Of a stretch of DNA of 64,000 nucleotides, positions 1 through 10,539 are shown piece by piece. The DNA comes from an uncultured Gemmatimonadaceae bacterium. GTDB lineage: Bacteria; Gemmatimonadota; Gemmatimonadetes; Gemmatimonadales; Gemmatimonadaceae. The translations under genes and the position numbers were made by a program. Position 1 is the stretch's first letter, and every line of letters starts with the position of its first letter. Location of the stretch: the NCBI GenBank assembly GCA_963740355.1, contig CAVUDW010000002.1:1920001-1984000 (forward strand). The letters are read 5' to 3'. The notes beneath the pieces are model-generated. The model was not told where the DNA came from. It did no database searches and saw only the letters and a program-made list of their open reading frames with translations.

Positions 1-944
1 AGGTGAAGGGATCGCGCCTGCCCGATGAACGGTTCGTGTTCTCAGCGCATGTGCAGGAACCGGGTGCGAATGACAATGCGTCCGGTGTTGGTGCGCAGGT
101 CGAGATGGCGCGCGTGGCAGCCAGCCTGTTCAAGGCCGGTACGATCAATCCAGCGCGGACGATCACGATGTTGTGGGGCCTCGAGATCCGGAGCACCGAT
201 CGGTACATCACGCAGGATTCCGTGCGTGCGCGCGGTATCCGCTGGGGATTGTCGCTGGACATGGTGGGCGAGGATACCCGCAAGACCGGCGGCACATTCC
301 TCATCGAGAAGATGCCTGATCCTTCCGCAATCTGGACCCGCGGCGATGAGAAGCACACCGAATGGGGCGGCTCGCCGATCACCAAGGCACAGCTCACACC
401 GCACTACTTCAACGACTTCGTGCTTGCGCGCTGCCTCGAGCAGGCGGCCACGAATGGGTGGACGGTGAAGACCAATCCCTTCGAGGGCGGGAGTGATCAC
501 ACGCCGTTCCTCAAGGCAAAGAAGCCAGGGCTGTTGTTCTGGCACTTCACCGATCAGTTCTATCACACCGATGGTGATCGCATCGACATGGTGTCGGCTG
601 ATGAGCTGCGCAACGTCGGCATGTCGGCGCTGGTCAGTGCGCTGGTCCTGACGAGTGCCGACGGTGCGAGCACGCGCGCGATCGTGGCGCAGTTGCAGGC
701 GGCGGCGCTGGCGCGACTGCAGGTGGAGGCGGCGCTCAGTCGCACTGCCATCGCCGGCGGCGCAACCGTGGCGCAGGAACAGGACATCCTCGAGACCTGG
801 GCCAGCTGGTACGTCGACGCCATCGGAACGGCGGCCGATATCGAGGTCGGGGGCAGCTCGGCGGAGACGACGGCCGCCATCGTCGACGCAAAGCGCCGCG
901 TGACAGAGGCGCGGGAGCTGGCTGTCCGGACCCTGCAACGCTGA
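1..944 (+). CDS. M28-family (aminopeptidase-like) metallopeptidase, 5' end probably outside the window
   Basis: Motifs SAH..GANDNASG, WGLEI, SLDMVG, GSDHTPF and YHTDGD are typical of M28 peptidases; the frame is open from the window edge. Confidence 0.85.
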   Translation, partial: VKGSRLPDERFVFSAHVQEPGANDNASGVGAQVEMARVAASLFKAGTINPARTITMLWGLEIRSTDRYITQDSVRARGIRWGLSLDMVGEDTRKTGGTFLIEKMPDPSAIWTRGDEKHTEWGGSPITKAQLTPHYFNDFVLARCLEQAATNGWTVKTNPFEGGSDHTPFLKAKKPGLLFWHFTDQFYHTDGDRIDMVSADELRNVGMSALVSALVLTSADGASTRAIVAQLQAAALARLQVEAALSRTAIAGGATVAQEQDILETWASWYVDAIGTAADIEVGGSSAETTAAIVDAKRRVTEARELAVRTLQR

Positions 945-1216
945 TATCCGAGGCCCGGAGTGACTGATTCTCCCTCTGGCGAGGGGCCCTGGACGGGCCG
1001 CCGGCCGGGGCCTGCGGGGGAGGGGCGGTCAGAGAAAAACGAATTTTCCGGAAATGCCCACTTGCGCGCGCAAACGGTTATATTCTGTTCACGCCGCAGA
1101 TATGCGGCTCCCTTCGTGAGGGTCGTCACGCAGTTCACTGTGGTGAGTATCTGTCGGGAACAGGCGCAAAACGCATGCTCCGGGTTGAAAGCCGCACAAT
1201 TACCAGGAGTATCGCA

Positions 1217-1429
1217 ATGCGTATGTCAGGCACCGTCAAGTGGTTCAACGACGCCAAGGGTTTTGGTTTCATCACGCCGGCTGATGGCCAGAAGGATTGC
1301 TTCGTGCATCATTCTGCCATTCAGGGCAATGGCTTCAAGACGCTTGCCGAAGGCGAAGCCGTCGAGTTCGACATGGTGCAGGGCCAGAAGGGTCCGGCCG
1401 CCGAGAACGTGACGCGCTCAGGCCACTAA
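1217..1429 (+). CDS. cspA: Cold-shock protein (CspA family)
   Basis: [17 protein letters not shown] (RNP1) and CFVHHSAI (RNP2); AGGAG RBS at 1205-1209 before ATG 1217. The exact csp paralog name is uncertain. Confidence 0.95.
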   Translation: MRMSGTVKWFNDAKGFGFITPADGQKDCFVHHSAIQGNGFKTLAEGEAVEFDMVQGQKGPAAENVTRSGH

Positions 1430-1447
1430 GCTTCACCGCTGTGAACG

Positions 1448-1479
1448 AGGGCCGCTACCGAAAGGTGGCGGTCCTTTTT
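1448..1479 (+). terminator. Intrinsic terminator of the cold-shock gene
   Basis: Stem AGGGCCGCTACC-GAAA-GGTGGCGGTCCT followed by a T run. Confidence 0.85.
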
Positions 1480-1501
1480 CATATCCGCTCGCGTGCAGAA
1501 T

Positions 1502-1537
1502 GGCGCCCCACCGGATCGAGTCGGTGGGGCGCCTTTC
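1502..1537. terminator. Second GC-rich hairpin between convergent genes
   Basis: GGCGCCCCACCG..CGGTGGGGCGCC followed by TTTCT. Confidence 0.55.
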
Positions 1538-1614
1538 TGCGTTCTCTTCGGAGTTCGCTTCGGAATTCAGCGCACAGTGAAGGGCAGCGTTCCGTTCAGA
1601 AGACTCGCGCGCGG

Positions 1615-4410
1615 CTACTGCTGCCGTGGTGCCATCGGCTCTTCGTCGAGCGCCTGACGCAACGTGGTGAGGAGCGAGCTGGCCGTGTAGGGTTTGGGCA
1701 GGAAGTGTCGAACGCCTGCCTCCGCCGCCTTCGCCACCGAGCCGTTGGCGGCCAGCCCGCTGGCGGCGATGATGCGCAGCTGCGGGTTCATCTTCCGCAA
1801 CACCCGAATGGTGGTCACGCCATCCATCACGGGCATCATCATGTCGGTCAGCACACAGGCGACGTCCAGCGTGCGGACGGCATACTGCGCGATCGCGTCG
1901 GCCCCATCGGTGGCCAGCATCACCCGGTAGCCGAAGGCTTCGAGCGTCTGGCGCGTGATCTGTCGCACTGACGTTTCGTCATCGATCACGAGGATCAATT
2001 CGTCCTTGCCCCGTGGCAGTGGTGCCGCGGCTTCGGCGTCGGGCTCATGCTCGGCGACGTTCGCGGCGGGCAGGAAGACGCGAAACGTGGTGCCGTTTCC
2101 AGGCTCACTGTAGACGCGAATGAACCCGCCGTGGCTGCGGATGATCGCCAGCGACGTCGAGAGACCGAGCCCGGTGCCCTGGCCCGGCTCCTTGGTGGTG
2201 AAGAACGGGTCGAAGATGCGATCCATCTGGTCGCGCGGGATGCCGGTGCCGGAGTCCTCGACGGCGATCACGACGTACGTGCCGGGGCGTGTCTCGTCGT
2301 TCACGTGTGCCGACCTCGCCTCGATCACGGTCGACTCGCAGGTGATCGTCAGCCGCCCACCTGTCGGCATGGCGTCGCGCGAATTGACGGCGAGGTTGAG
2401 GAGTACCTGGTGCAGCTGCGTCGGATCACCGAGCAGCGCTGGCAACCGCGCCGGGACACGGGTCGACAGCACGATGCCCCGGGGAAAGGTGTCACCGATC
2501 ATGCGTGAGATGTCCGACACCAGCTGCGAGGGATCGACGCGTGCGCGGCGCCCCTCGACGCCGCGCGCGAATGTCAGCACCTGACGCACCATGTCGGCGC
2601 CGCGCTTGGCGCTCGATTCGATCGCGTCCAGTGCCTCGTTCTTCTCATCCTCGGTCATCGGCATCCGCAGCAGGTCGATGCTGAGGAGGATCGGTGCCAG
2701 CACGTTGTTCAGGTCGTGCGCAATACCGCCCGCAAGGGTGCCGATGCTCTCCATGCGTTGCGAACGCAGGAACTGCTGCTCGAGTCGTCGACGCTCTGTC
2801 ACGTCCTGGAAGGCGCCGCGCAGTCGCAGGATCCGGCCGTCGGCATCACGTTCTGCCTCACCGATGGTGCGGCCCCAGAAGCTGCGCCCACTGGCGGCAC
2901 GGAACGCGAGCTCGATGTCGAACGGTGTGCCATCCTGTTCGCAGCGCTCGAGCAAGTCGGCCACCGCCACACGCCAGGAATCCCGGTGCATGGCGAGCGC
3001 CTCCGGTGTGGCGTGCTCGCTCTCTGCCTGCAGGTCGAACAGTTCGAGAATCTCGTTGCTCCAGACCACGCGTCGTTCGGGCAATTCCAGCACCCAGCCG
3101 CCAAGGCGCGCACTGACCGACGCGATGCGCCGCAGCGCCTCGGTCATGCGCAACGCGCGCTCCGCTTCGCGGCGCACGGTGACGTCACGCGCCACGACGA
3201 GGCGGGCATTCCGTCCGTTGAACGCAATCGGCGTCGACGCGATCTCGACGTCGATCAGCGTGCCGTCACGCAGCAGGTGGCGCCAGTCATTCGTCTCCGT
3301 GTAGGCGTGTGGCGAACGGTGCACGGAATCCAGCACGGCCTGTCGATCAGAACTCGGTCGGATGTCGAGAATCGTCAGCGCCGCAAACTCCTCGCGCGAC
3401 CAACCGTACTTGATCGTCGTCACGTCGTTGACGGCGAGGAAGCGAAGCGTCTCGACGTCGTACACCCAGACGGGCTCCGGATGTGCGTCGAAGAGCAGGC
3501 GATACTCTTCCTCGCGCCGTCGCAGCGCGAGCTCCATCTGGCGACGTTCCGACACGTCCTGTGCCGTGCCGCACACCAGCAGTCCGCGATGTGGCCGGCT
3601 GCTGTCCAAGTGGCCGTGTGCCCGCACATGATGCGTTGTCCCATCAGTCGCCACGATGCGGCATTCGATGTCCAGTGGCGCGAGTCCCGCGACGGCGTCT
3701 TCGAGGCCACGTTGGACGATGGGCCGGTCATCGTCGTGCATGGCCGCGAGGCAATCGACCAGCCTGAGTGGCGCGTCGGTCGGCTCGAAGCCGAACATCC
3801 GATACACCTCGGGTGACGCCACGAGCTCGCCGGTCGACATCGACAACTCGAAGCGTCCGAGTCGCGCGACATGCTGTGCTTCGCCGAGATGCGCGCGCAT
3901 CTTCTCGTACAGCAGGCGCTGTTCACGTGCATCGAGCAGTGCCGCCACGTGTCGCGCCAGCTGCGCGAGTGTCGCGACCTGCTCATCGGCGAGCGCGCGT
4001 GGGCGATGATCCATCACGGCCAGCGTGCCGACGGTGTGCCCGGAGCGCGACCGAATCGGGATACCAGCGTAAGAGCGAATGAACGGCTCTCCGGTCACCG
4101 TCGGATTGCGTTCGAAACGTTCGTCGTCGTGCGTGTCCGGCACCAGCAACGGCTGATCGCCTGTGATGGTGTACGCGCAGATGGAGATCCGCCGGTCAGT
4201 CTCGCGAAACTGCATGCCGACGCTGGCCTTGAACCACTGCCGATTTTCGTCCACGAACGTGACGACGGCCATCGGCGTGTCGCAGAGGCGTGCTGCAAAG
4301 GCCACGATGTCGTCGAACTCGGTTTCCGGCGCCGTGTCGAGAATGTGCAACGCGCGAAGTGCGCGGAGCCTCCCTGCTTCGTCAGGCGAATATTTCTCAG
4401 TCGGAAGCAT
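1615..4410 (-). CDS. Hybrid sensor histidine kinase (GAF-PAS x3-HisKA-HATPase-REC)
   Basis: N-terminal GAF (RLRALRALHILDT), PAS/PAC repeats, H-box GGIAHDLNN, DPFFTTK..GTGLGL, receiver with DD/TDMMMP/KP. Start placed at ATG 4410. Confidence 0.92.
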   Translation of the reverse strand: MLPTEKYSPDEAGRLRALRALHILDTAPETEFDDIVAFAARLCDTPMAVVTFVDENRQWFKASVGMQFRETDRRISICAYTITGDQPLLVPDTHDDERFERNPTVTGEPFIRSYAGIPIRSRSGHTVGTLAVMDHRPRALADEQVATLAQLARHVAALLDAREQRLLYEKMRAHLGEAQHVARLGRFELSMSTGELVASPEVYRMFGFEPTDAPLRLVDCLAAMHDDDRPIVQRGLEDAVAGLAPLDIECRIVATDGTTHHVRAHGHLDSSRPHRGLLVCGTAQDVSERRQMELALRRREEEYRLLFDAHPEPVWVYDVETLRFLAVNDVTTIKYGWSREEFAALTILDIRPSSDRQAVLDSVHRSPHAYTETNDWRHLLRDGTLIDVEIASTPIAFNGRNARLVVARDVTVRREAERALRMTEALRRIASVSARLGGWVLELPERRVVWSNEILELFDLQAESEHATPEALAMHRDSWRVAVADLLERCEQDGTPFDIELAFRAASGRSFWGRTIGEAERDADGRILRLRGAFQDVTERRRLEQQFLRSQRMESIGTLAGGIAHDLNNVLAPILLSIDLLRMPMTEDEKNEALDAIESSAKRGADMVRQVLTFARGVEGRRARVDPSQLVSDISRMIGDTFPRGIVLSTRVPARLPALLGDPTQLHQVLLNLAVNSRDAMPTGGRLTITCESTVIEARSAHVNDETRPGTYVVIAVEDSGTGIPRDQMDRIFDPFFTTKEPGQGTGLGLSTSLAIIRSHGGFIRVYSEPGNGTTFRVFLPAANVAEHEPDAEAAAPLPRGKDELILVIDDETSVRQITRQTLEAFGYRVMLATDGADAIAQYAVRTLDVACVLTDMMMPVMDGVTTIRVLRKMNPQLRIIAASGLAANGSVAKAAEAGVRHFLPKPYTASSLLTTLRQALDEEPMAPRQQ

Positions 4411-4963
4411 CAGTGGGACGCGAGACGAGACAGACCGCAGGGGAGACAGCGTGTGTTTCGATCGAGTGCCGAACAGACGGCTGCGCACCGTGACATTCGG
4501 GGCGGCGCACCGGAATAGAGTATCGACATGCACGCCGACATGCGTTGCTCGTGTCGCGCCGACATCGCGCGGCCAATAAACGCGTCCTAATGCAGCTGAT
4601 ATTTCACGACTGTACAACTGATCGATCACGTGAGAACGGTGCCGGGACCGCACCACGTCGCCGACGAAGAACTGTGAAACAACCGACGTGTGAATGCGAC
4701 GTGTGACTCGGCGGTTTCAGTCATCGGACACTGGGCGTGCCGCAAACATCCGATGCCGCCGACCTGTGGTGCGTCCGCGGGAGTCCACTGCGAGTGCCGT
4801 GGGCGGTCCACTCGGACGCCTCTGGGAGTCCGCTAGAGTCCCGGCAGTCAACTGGGCCGCAGCCCGCAGGCGGTCCGCTCGGCGTCCGGTGTGCCGCTTC
4901 CGGCGCGTGGATATCTTGCGTTTGTCCCGTCACACGCCGGCACCACCGTCTCTCACCCGAGTT

Positions 4964-5653
4964 ATGACCTCTCCCCGTCGCGACTTCCTTGGCTGGTTCG
5001 GTAGTGCCTCCCTGCTCGGCCTGGCTGGCGCGCCGTCGCTGTTGCGTGCCCAGGGGCGACCCACGGAACGCGAGATCGAGGACCATGCGTTGCCGGTGGC
5101 CGACACCTGGGACATGAGCTGGACCAACCGCGTGACCGGGAAGTACAAGGCCGTCTTCGACTCGCCCGAGGCGTCTGGTGGTGCGGCGATATACCGTGCG
5201 GTGTCGTGGTGCGACCACTACAAGGAGGTGTACGGCGCGGCGCGGACCGAGATGTCGCCGATCGTCGTGCTGCGGCATAAGGGGTTCTATCTCGCCATGA
5301 ACGACGAGTTCTGGTCCCGCTACGAGACCGGCAAGCGTCTCGAAGAGCGCGACGAGAACGGGAAGAAGTGGGCCAAGGCCAACCCCGTCGGTGCGGCGGC
5401 CGCTGCGGCGCATCCGGAGCAGGCGCGCTTTGCACTGCAGGGATTCATCGCCGACGGTGGGATCGCGCTGGTCTGCGGCTGGTCCTTCGGCGGCGCCGCG
5501 TCGCAGATCGCGAAGGCAGAGAAGCTCGAGAAGGACGCCGCCAGGGCACGCGCCAAGGAGATGATGATTCCCGGTTGCATCCTGCAGCCGAATGGCATCT
5601 TTGCGGCGCTTCGTGCGCAAGAAGCCGGCTGCGGCTACATCGACGCCAGCTGA
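4964..5653 (+). CDS. Tat-exported protein, possibly DsrE-like fold
   Basis: Twin-arginine signal SPRRDFLG; C-terminal LVC...GIFAALRAQEAGCGYI pattern is reminiscent of DsrE/F proteins (fold is an inference). Confidence 0.7.
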   Translation: MTSPRRDFLGWFGSASLLGLAGAPSLLRAQGRPTEREIEDHALPVADTWDMSWTNRVTGKYKAVFDSPEASGGAAIYRAVSWCDHYKEVYGAARTEMSPIVVLRHKGFYLAMNDEFWSRYETGKRLEERDENGKKWAKANPVGAAAAAAHPEQARFALQGFIADGGIALVCGWSFGGAASQIAKAEKLEKDAARARAKEMMIPGCILQPNGIFAALRAQEAGCGYIDAS

Positions 5654-5677
5654 GTTGGCAGCGTCGTCGTCGGGTCG

Positions 5678-6548
5678 CTAATTCGCGGCCCGACGTTCGA
5701 GCAGGAGAATGCCGCTGAAGTACTTCCGTGCGTCGCGCACCTTCTGTGGCGCGAGACGGCCAAGCCAACGAAAGAATTTCGCGTACCGAAAGGCGCGATT
5801 GAGCCGCAGCGCTTCGTCGAGGAAGGGGCGGTATTCCTGCTCCTTCCAACCGAACGGCAGGAACCAGGCAGGTCCCTCCGCTGGACCAAAAAGAAATGGC
5901 GCGTTGCTCGCCAGCTCACTCTTGCCCCAGCTGCGCTCCATCATCTTGATCAACCCGGGACTGGCAAGATCGGTGAGCCAATTGGTTGCCGTTCGCATAG
6001 CATGCGACATCGACTGCGAACGCGCGCACTGCGGCCTCCGGCAGGTACAGCAACAACCCTTCGGTGATCACCAGTGTCCGCGTCGCACCGGCATCGACAC
6101 TCTCGAACAGCGCCTTGCGCGCACTGGCGTCGGCGAGGTCGACCACGCGCGATTCGTAACGACAGACCGGTGTCTCGCCGGCCATCGCATTTGCCTTGTA
6201 GTTGACCATGACCTCCTGGTCGACATCGATCCAGTGCAGGGAGGGAGGCAGGGTCATCCGCCACGCACGGGTATCCAGTCCTGCGGCGAGGTTCAGCACC
6301 GTGTCGACACCGTTGCTCACCAGTCGTGTGATGATCTCGTCCATCACGACGGTGCGAACGATGATCGCCCAGGCCGTCTGCCTGCCCTGCGGCAGCGCTT
6401 CGACGATCGCCTCGCCATGTGCGCCGGCGAGACGTCGCGCGAAGGGATCATGAAACAGCGCATCCGGACGTTCGCTCTCCATCGCGCGGTATACCGCGAC
6501 CCAGCGCGCCGTGTCGGCGACGCCAGCGATCAGCGAGGGCGCAGGCAC
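5678..6548 (-). pseudogene. SAM-dependent methyltransferase (LCM/YktD-like), split by a frameshift near 6000
   Basis: ORF 5916-6548 has LNLAAGLDTR and ITEGLLLYL; the expected C-terminus WLTDLASPGLIKMM continues in ORF 5678-6010. Could be a sequencing indel. Confidence 0.75.
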
Positions 6549-6562
6549 GGAGCCTCGGGCCG

Positions 6563-7153
6563 TCAGCGGCGTCCGCTGCGCGGACGCTCCGGGACGGCCT
6601 TCTTCAGGTCATTCGTCTGGTCTTCGAGCAGCTTCGTCGCGCGTTCCTTCTGCGTGTCATCCACGAGCGCGAGACAGGCGGCGACATTCGCGGGACGACG
6701 CGTCAGCAGCTCCTCGTGCACGGTCACCATCGCCAGCATCTGCTCGCGCAGGCGTGACATCTCTTCCGGGCTCGGTGGCTCACCGCCACCACCTTGTCCG
6801 GCCTGCTCGAGCGACTTCGGGATCTTGAAGTCACGACGGACGGCGTCATACCGCACGAGCAGGTCGGCGTTCTGCTCGAACAGTGTCGCGCGGAGCGCCG
6901 TGAGCTGCGTCACCTGATCCTCGGTGAGCTTCAGCTTGCGCGATTCCTTGAGCAGGGCGTCGGCGGCGTTGAATGTTTCCAGTTCCTTCGCCGTCGCGAA
7001 CTTCGGCATCTGGTTGCGCGGGCCAGGGGGCCCGCCGCCCATGCCACCGCCTCGCCTGCCGCCACCCATGCCGCCCATCCCACCCATGCCTTGGGCGAGG
7101 AGCGCAGAAGGCAGCACGGCGAGCAGCACGAGAGTGGAGAAAAACCGTTTCAT
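6563..7153 (-). CDS. Secreted helical protein, Spy/CpxP-like (LTxxQ)
   Basis: Signal peptide ending LLAQ, Gly/Met-rich linker, LKLTEDQVTQL motif. Confidence 0.65.
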   Translation of the reverse strand: MKRFFSTLVLLAVLPSALLAQGMGGMGGMGGGRRGGGMGGGPPGPRNQMPKFATAKELETFNAADALLKESRKLKLTEDQVTQLTALRATLFEQNADLLVRYDAVRRDFKIPKSLEQAGQGGGGEPPSPEEMSRLREQMLAMVTVHEELLTRRPANVAACLALVDDTQKERATKLLEDQTNDLKKAVPERPRSGRR

Positions 7154-7247
7154 GGGATCACACCCGGCTCGGGAAGATTGACGCGTAACCGGTATACTTC
7201 AGATCGTCGGCCACGTTCCTGAAAGTTATCACGTCCTCCCGCCTCAC

Positions 7248-8498
7248 ATGCGAGTCTTGCTGCGCCTGATCGCCGTGACGATTCTCCTCGCCATCGTCGG
7301 CATCGTTGCGCTCCCGTTTCTCGCACTGGAGGACACGGCGCTAGTGGCGGACGATGCGGGAACCTCGGTCACTGATATCCGTCGTGCTCGCTCCCTGGTG
7401 GCGGCAAACGATCCCCGGAAGGGTGGGGCAGGCAAGGAGCGGGTGGCAACACTCTCCGGTGAGGACGCCAACCTGCTGCTGAAGCTGGGGGCGACCAAGG
7501 TTCGCTCGGGCGCTGGCCGCGTCCAGCTTGGCGCAGGCACGGCCGATCTCGAATTCACGGTCGAGGCGCCGGCCAATCCGATCGGTCGCTGGATCAACCT
7601 GCGCGCCACCATGCACGATGCGCCCGGTCTGCCAGCGCTCGAGAAGGTACGCGTGGGCGCAGTACCGGTGCCGTCGTTCCTCGTCGGTGCACTTCTCACT
7701 CGACTCGGCGATCGCGGCGTCGTCGGCGACGGCCTGGCACTGGCCCGCAACTCGGTGCGCGGCGTTGTCTTCACGCCATCACAGGCGACTGTCCGATACG
7801 CGTGGTCCGCCGAGACGGCGAGACAGATCCGTGCGACCGTGGCGCCAGGCAGCAACACGGAGAGCCTGCGCGCCTACTCCGCACTGCTAGCCACGACCAT
7901 CGCGTCAGATCGGAGTGGAAAAGCGATCCCGTTGGTTCGGTTGCTGCCGCCGCTCTTCGCCCTCGCCGCAGAGCGAGCCGCCGCCGGCGATCCCGCAGCA
8001 GAAAACAGCGCCGTGCTGCTCACGCTGACAGCGTACGTGACGCGCCATCGCCTGCAGGCCATCGTTGGTAATCAGCCGGATTGGCCGACGCCAGCGCGCC
8101 GCACGGTGACACTCGCCGACCGCGACGACTATCCGAAGCACTTCCTGCTGTCGGCCCTGATCGCCGCCGAGGGAAACGCCGGCCTGTCCGACATTGCCGG
8201 CGTGACGAAGGAACTCGACGATGCGCGCGGTGGCAGCGGCTTCAGCTTCACTGACATTGCGGCTGATCGCGCAGGGACCCGATTCGGGCGGCTTGCGGTG
8301 GATGACCCTCAGGCGCTGCAGGCGCGAGTGACGGCGACGCTGCAGGAGCGGGACTTCATGCCAGCGGTGGCTGACTTGCCGGAGTTCATGGCGGATGCGG
8401 TGTTCCGTGAACGTTTCGGCGGCGTTGGTGAGCCGAAGTACGTTGCCATGATGGAGAAGATCGAGTCGCGGATCGCGGCACTTCCGATGTACCGCTGA
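7248..8498 (+). CDS. Hypothetical membrane-anchored protein
   Basis: 416-aa ORF with an N-terminal TM helix and a conserved-looking C-terminal DYPKHFLLSA..KELDDARGGSGFSFTDIAADRAG block. Confidence 0.75.
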   Translation: MRVLLRLIAVTILLAIVGIVALPFLALEDTALVADDAGTSVTDIRRARSLVAANDPRKGGAGKERVATLSGEDANLLLKLGATKVRSGAGRVQLGAGTADLEFTVEAPANPIGRWINLRATMHDAPGLPALEKVRVGAVPVPSFLVGALLTRLGDRGVVGDGLALARNSVRGVVFTPSQATVRYAWSAETARQIRATVAPGSNTESLRAYSALLATTIASDRSGKAIPLVRLLPPLFALAAERAAAGDPAAENSAVLLTLTAYVTRHRLQAIVGNQPDWPTPARRTVTLADRDDYPKHFLLSALIAAEGNAGLSDIAGVTKELDDARGGSGFSFTDIAADRAGTRFGRLAVDDPQALQARVTATLQERDFMPAVADLPEFMADAVFRERFGGVGEPKYVAMMEKIESRIAALPMYR

Positions 8499-8509
8499 TC
8501 CGCAGCCGA

Positions 8510-8872
8510 TCAGGACACGGCGATGCGTGCGTAGGGAATGATGTCGAGCCGTTCGAACGGAATCGGCTTGCCGGTCTGCTCGTCGAGACCGAAGGTCTCC
8601 GGCGACGTCACCATTCGATCGAGCGCAGCATCGATCTCGACCAGCTCGGCTGAGACGCGCGTGCTGATGGATGCCTCGACCTCTTCCTCGTTGACGTCGG
8701 TCCCGAGGTCGGCCGAGTGTGTCGGAAACTTCGAGATGTCGCCGGCGAGCGTCTCGCTGTCTTCCGAGGACTCAGTCGCCGCGAAATCGTTGAGCTGTGC
8801 AAGAAGGCGCTCGCGCTCTTCGTGCAGGCGCTTCTCCAGATGCTTGAGCTGGGTAGGTGTCAGGGTCATCAT
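8510..8872 (-). CDS. DksA/TraR-family transcription factor lacking zinc-finger cysteines
   Basis: Coiled coil with THSADLGTD tip and EIDAALDRM...FGLDEQTGKPIPFERLDIIPYA; GGAG RBS before ATG 8872. Confidence 0.85.
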   Translation of the reverse strand: MMTLTPTQLKHLEKRLHEERERLLAQLNDFAATESSEDSETLAGDISKFPTHSADLGTDVNEEEVEASISTRVSAELVEIDAALDRMVTSPETFGLDEQTGKPIPFERLDIIPYARIAVS

Positions 8873-9066
8873 CGCTCCGTGTCGGTATTTCAGCTGCGCC
8901 GCACTCGTTCGACGTGATGCCGACGGCGCGCGCACGTCCACGGTACCCTGAGGTACGGGGGAGTTCCGTAAGGGATTCGGGAAGCTCGCGCTCGTCATGC
9001 ACCAGGCCGCCACGGCAAGCCCCTTGATCAGCTTGGTACGCGAGCCGTGATCCGACGCGGCCTGCG

Positions 9067-10539
9067 CTAGCGCCGGTACGGGTAGCCGCCGGCCAGTTGC
9101 GCGGCCAACTCGGCATCGAGCCCGTAGATGTCGTCGTAGAAGAGCGTCTGGCCGCTCTCCTTGGTGACGGCGGTGGCATAGACGATGTGTACGGGGATCG
9201 GCGTCGGCAGGTCGACGCGTTGCGCATCGCGCGCATTCATCGCCCGTTCGATCGCGGCGGCGTCCCAGTCACTCGATCCTCGCAGCAGCAGGCGAGCGAG
9301 GGCTGCTGGATCGGCGATGCGGATGCACCCATGACTGATGTCCCGCCGCTCCCGCTCGAACGCAGCGTGCACCGGCGTGTCGTGCAGGTAGACGTCGAAT
9401 TCATTCGGGAACATGAACTTGACGCGGCCCAACGCATTGGTGCCGCCGGGCAGCTGGCGAATTCGTGCGCTGCCCGCGATGACGCGGCGCACGGATGCCG
9501 CGTTGGCCTTCAGCGGCTTGTCGCGTGCATCGACGATTTCGTAGTTGTTGACCTCGAGCAGGTGCGGATCGTTCACCGCCAGCGGCACCAGTTCTGCCAT
9601 CGCAATGCTGCGCGGGACATCCCAGTACGGCGCGAACACGATGTACTGCAAGGCTCCGCTGAATACAGGCGTGCGGTGGCCGAACGCATCACCGACCACC
9701 ACATCCATCGTCACCATCTCCGACTCGCGATCCCGTTCTGATGCCAGGGCATACAGGCGGAATGCCGGGATGTTGACGATCACCGGTGGCGTCGTGAAGC
9801 GGTGCGGCAGCCAGCGCCACCGTTCCAGTGTCAGCCCAATCTGCTTCACACGCAATCGCGCCAGGCTATCGCTCGGCGCCTGCCGCAAGTAGACGGCCAA
9901 TGCACCTTTCAGCAGCTGATAGTGCAGGTAAGGCGGCTCCTGCTCGTCCAGCACCAATGACGGCGACGGTGAGAGCGCGAGCGAGCGCAGCTCCTCGGCG
10001 AAATCCACGGTGTCCTGCGGGAACTGCAGCCTGGCGTGTGCCTCGCCAGCGGAGATGCGCCCACTGCGCAACGATCGAATGGCGCGCAGGCCAGCAATGC
10101 TCATGGTGAGATCGAACGCGGCCTGCGCTGCCGGTGTCGCGAACGTCGGCACCAGCATCGCATTCAGGCGCGCGACATCGAAGTCGTCGGGATCGAGGCC
10201 ACGCGCTGCGATCGAGTCGAGCGCCATGATCAGTGCCGCTGCGGTGCGTGTGGGAACTCCGCCGCGTGACCAGAGGGGCGTGAATTCCCGCGCGGCATAC
10301 ACTCGCTGCAGTTCGTCGGCGACGTCGGTCACGCGCGGCCAGCGAATCCCGGCATATTCGTCGCCGCCGGCGAATGCCGTCACGGCGCTGGCAAGGAGCG
10401 AGTCGACCGCTGCCACCGGTCCCTGTGCGCGCGTGACGCGCGCGAGCCCTGCGCCGAACAGCAGCAGCAACGCTGTTCGGCGCAGGGCGGCGCCGCAGGA
10501 GCGGGCCGTCATCGATCGACGCGCTCCATGCAATGTCAC
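9067..10539 (-). CDS. L,D-transpeptidase (YcbB/LdtD-like)
   Basis: VNIPAFRL, PYWDVP, NALGRVKFMFPN, YLHDTP and SHGCIR motifs. GTG start overlaps the upstream stop; alternative ATG at 10512. Confidence 0.9.
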   Translation of the reverse strand: MTLHGARRSMTARSCGAALRRTALLLLFGAGLARVTRAQGPVAAVDSLLASAVTAFAGGDEYAGIRWPRVTDVADELQRVYAAREFTPLWSRGGVPTRTAAALIMALDSIAARGLDPDDFDVARLNAMLVPTFATPAAQAAFDLTMSIAGLRAIRSLRSGRISAGEAHARLQFPQDTVDFAEELRSLALSPSPSLVLDEQEPPYLHYQLLKGALAVYLRQAPSDSLARLRVKQIGLTLERWRWLPHRFTTPPVIVNIPAFRLYALASERDRESEMVTMDVVVGDAFGHRTPVFSGALQYIVFAPYWDVPRSIAMAELVPLAVNDPHLLEVNNYEIVDARDKPLKANAASVRRVIAGSARIRQLPGGTNALGRVKFMFPNEFDVYLHDTPVHAAFERERRDISHGCIRIADPAALARLLLRGSSDWDAAAIERAMNARDAQRVDLPTPIPVHIVYATAVTKESGQTLFYDDIYGLDAELAAQLAGGYPYRR

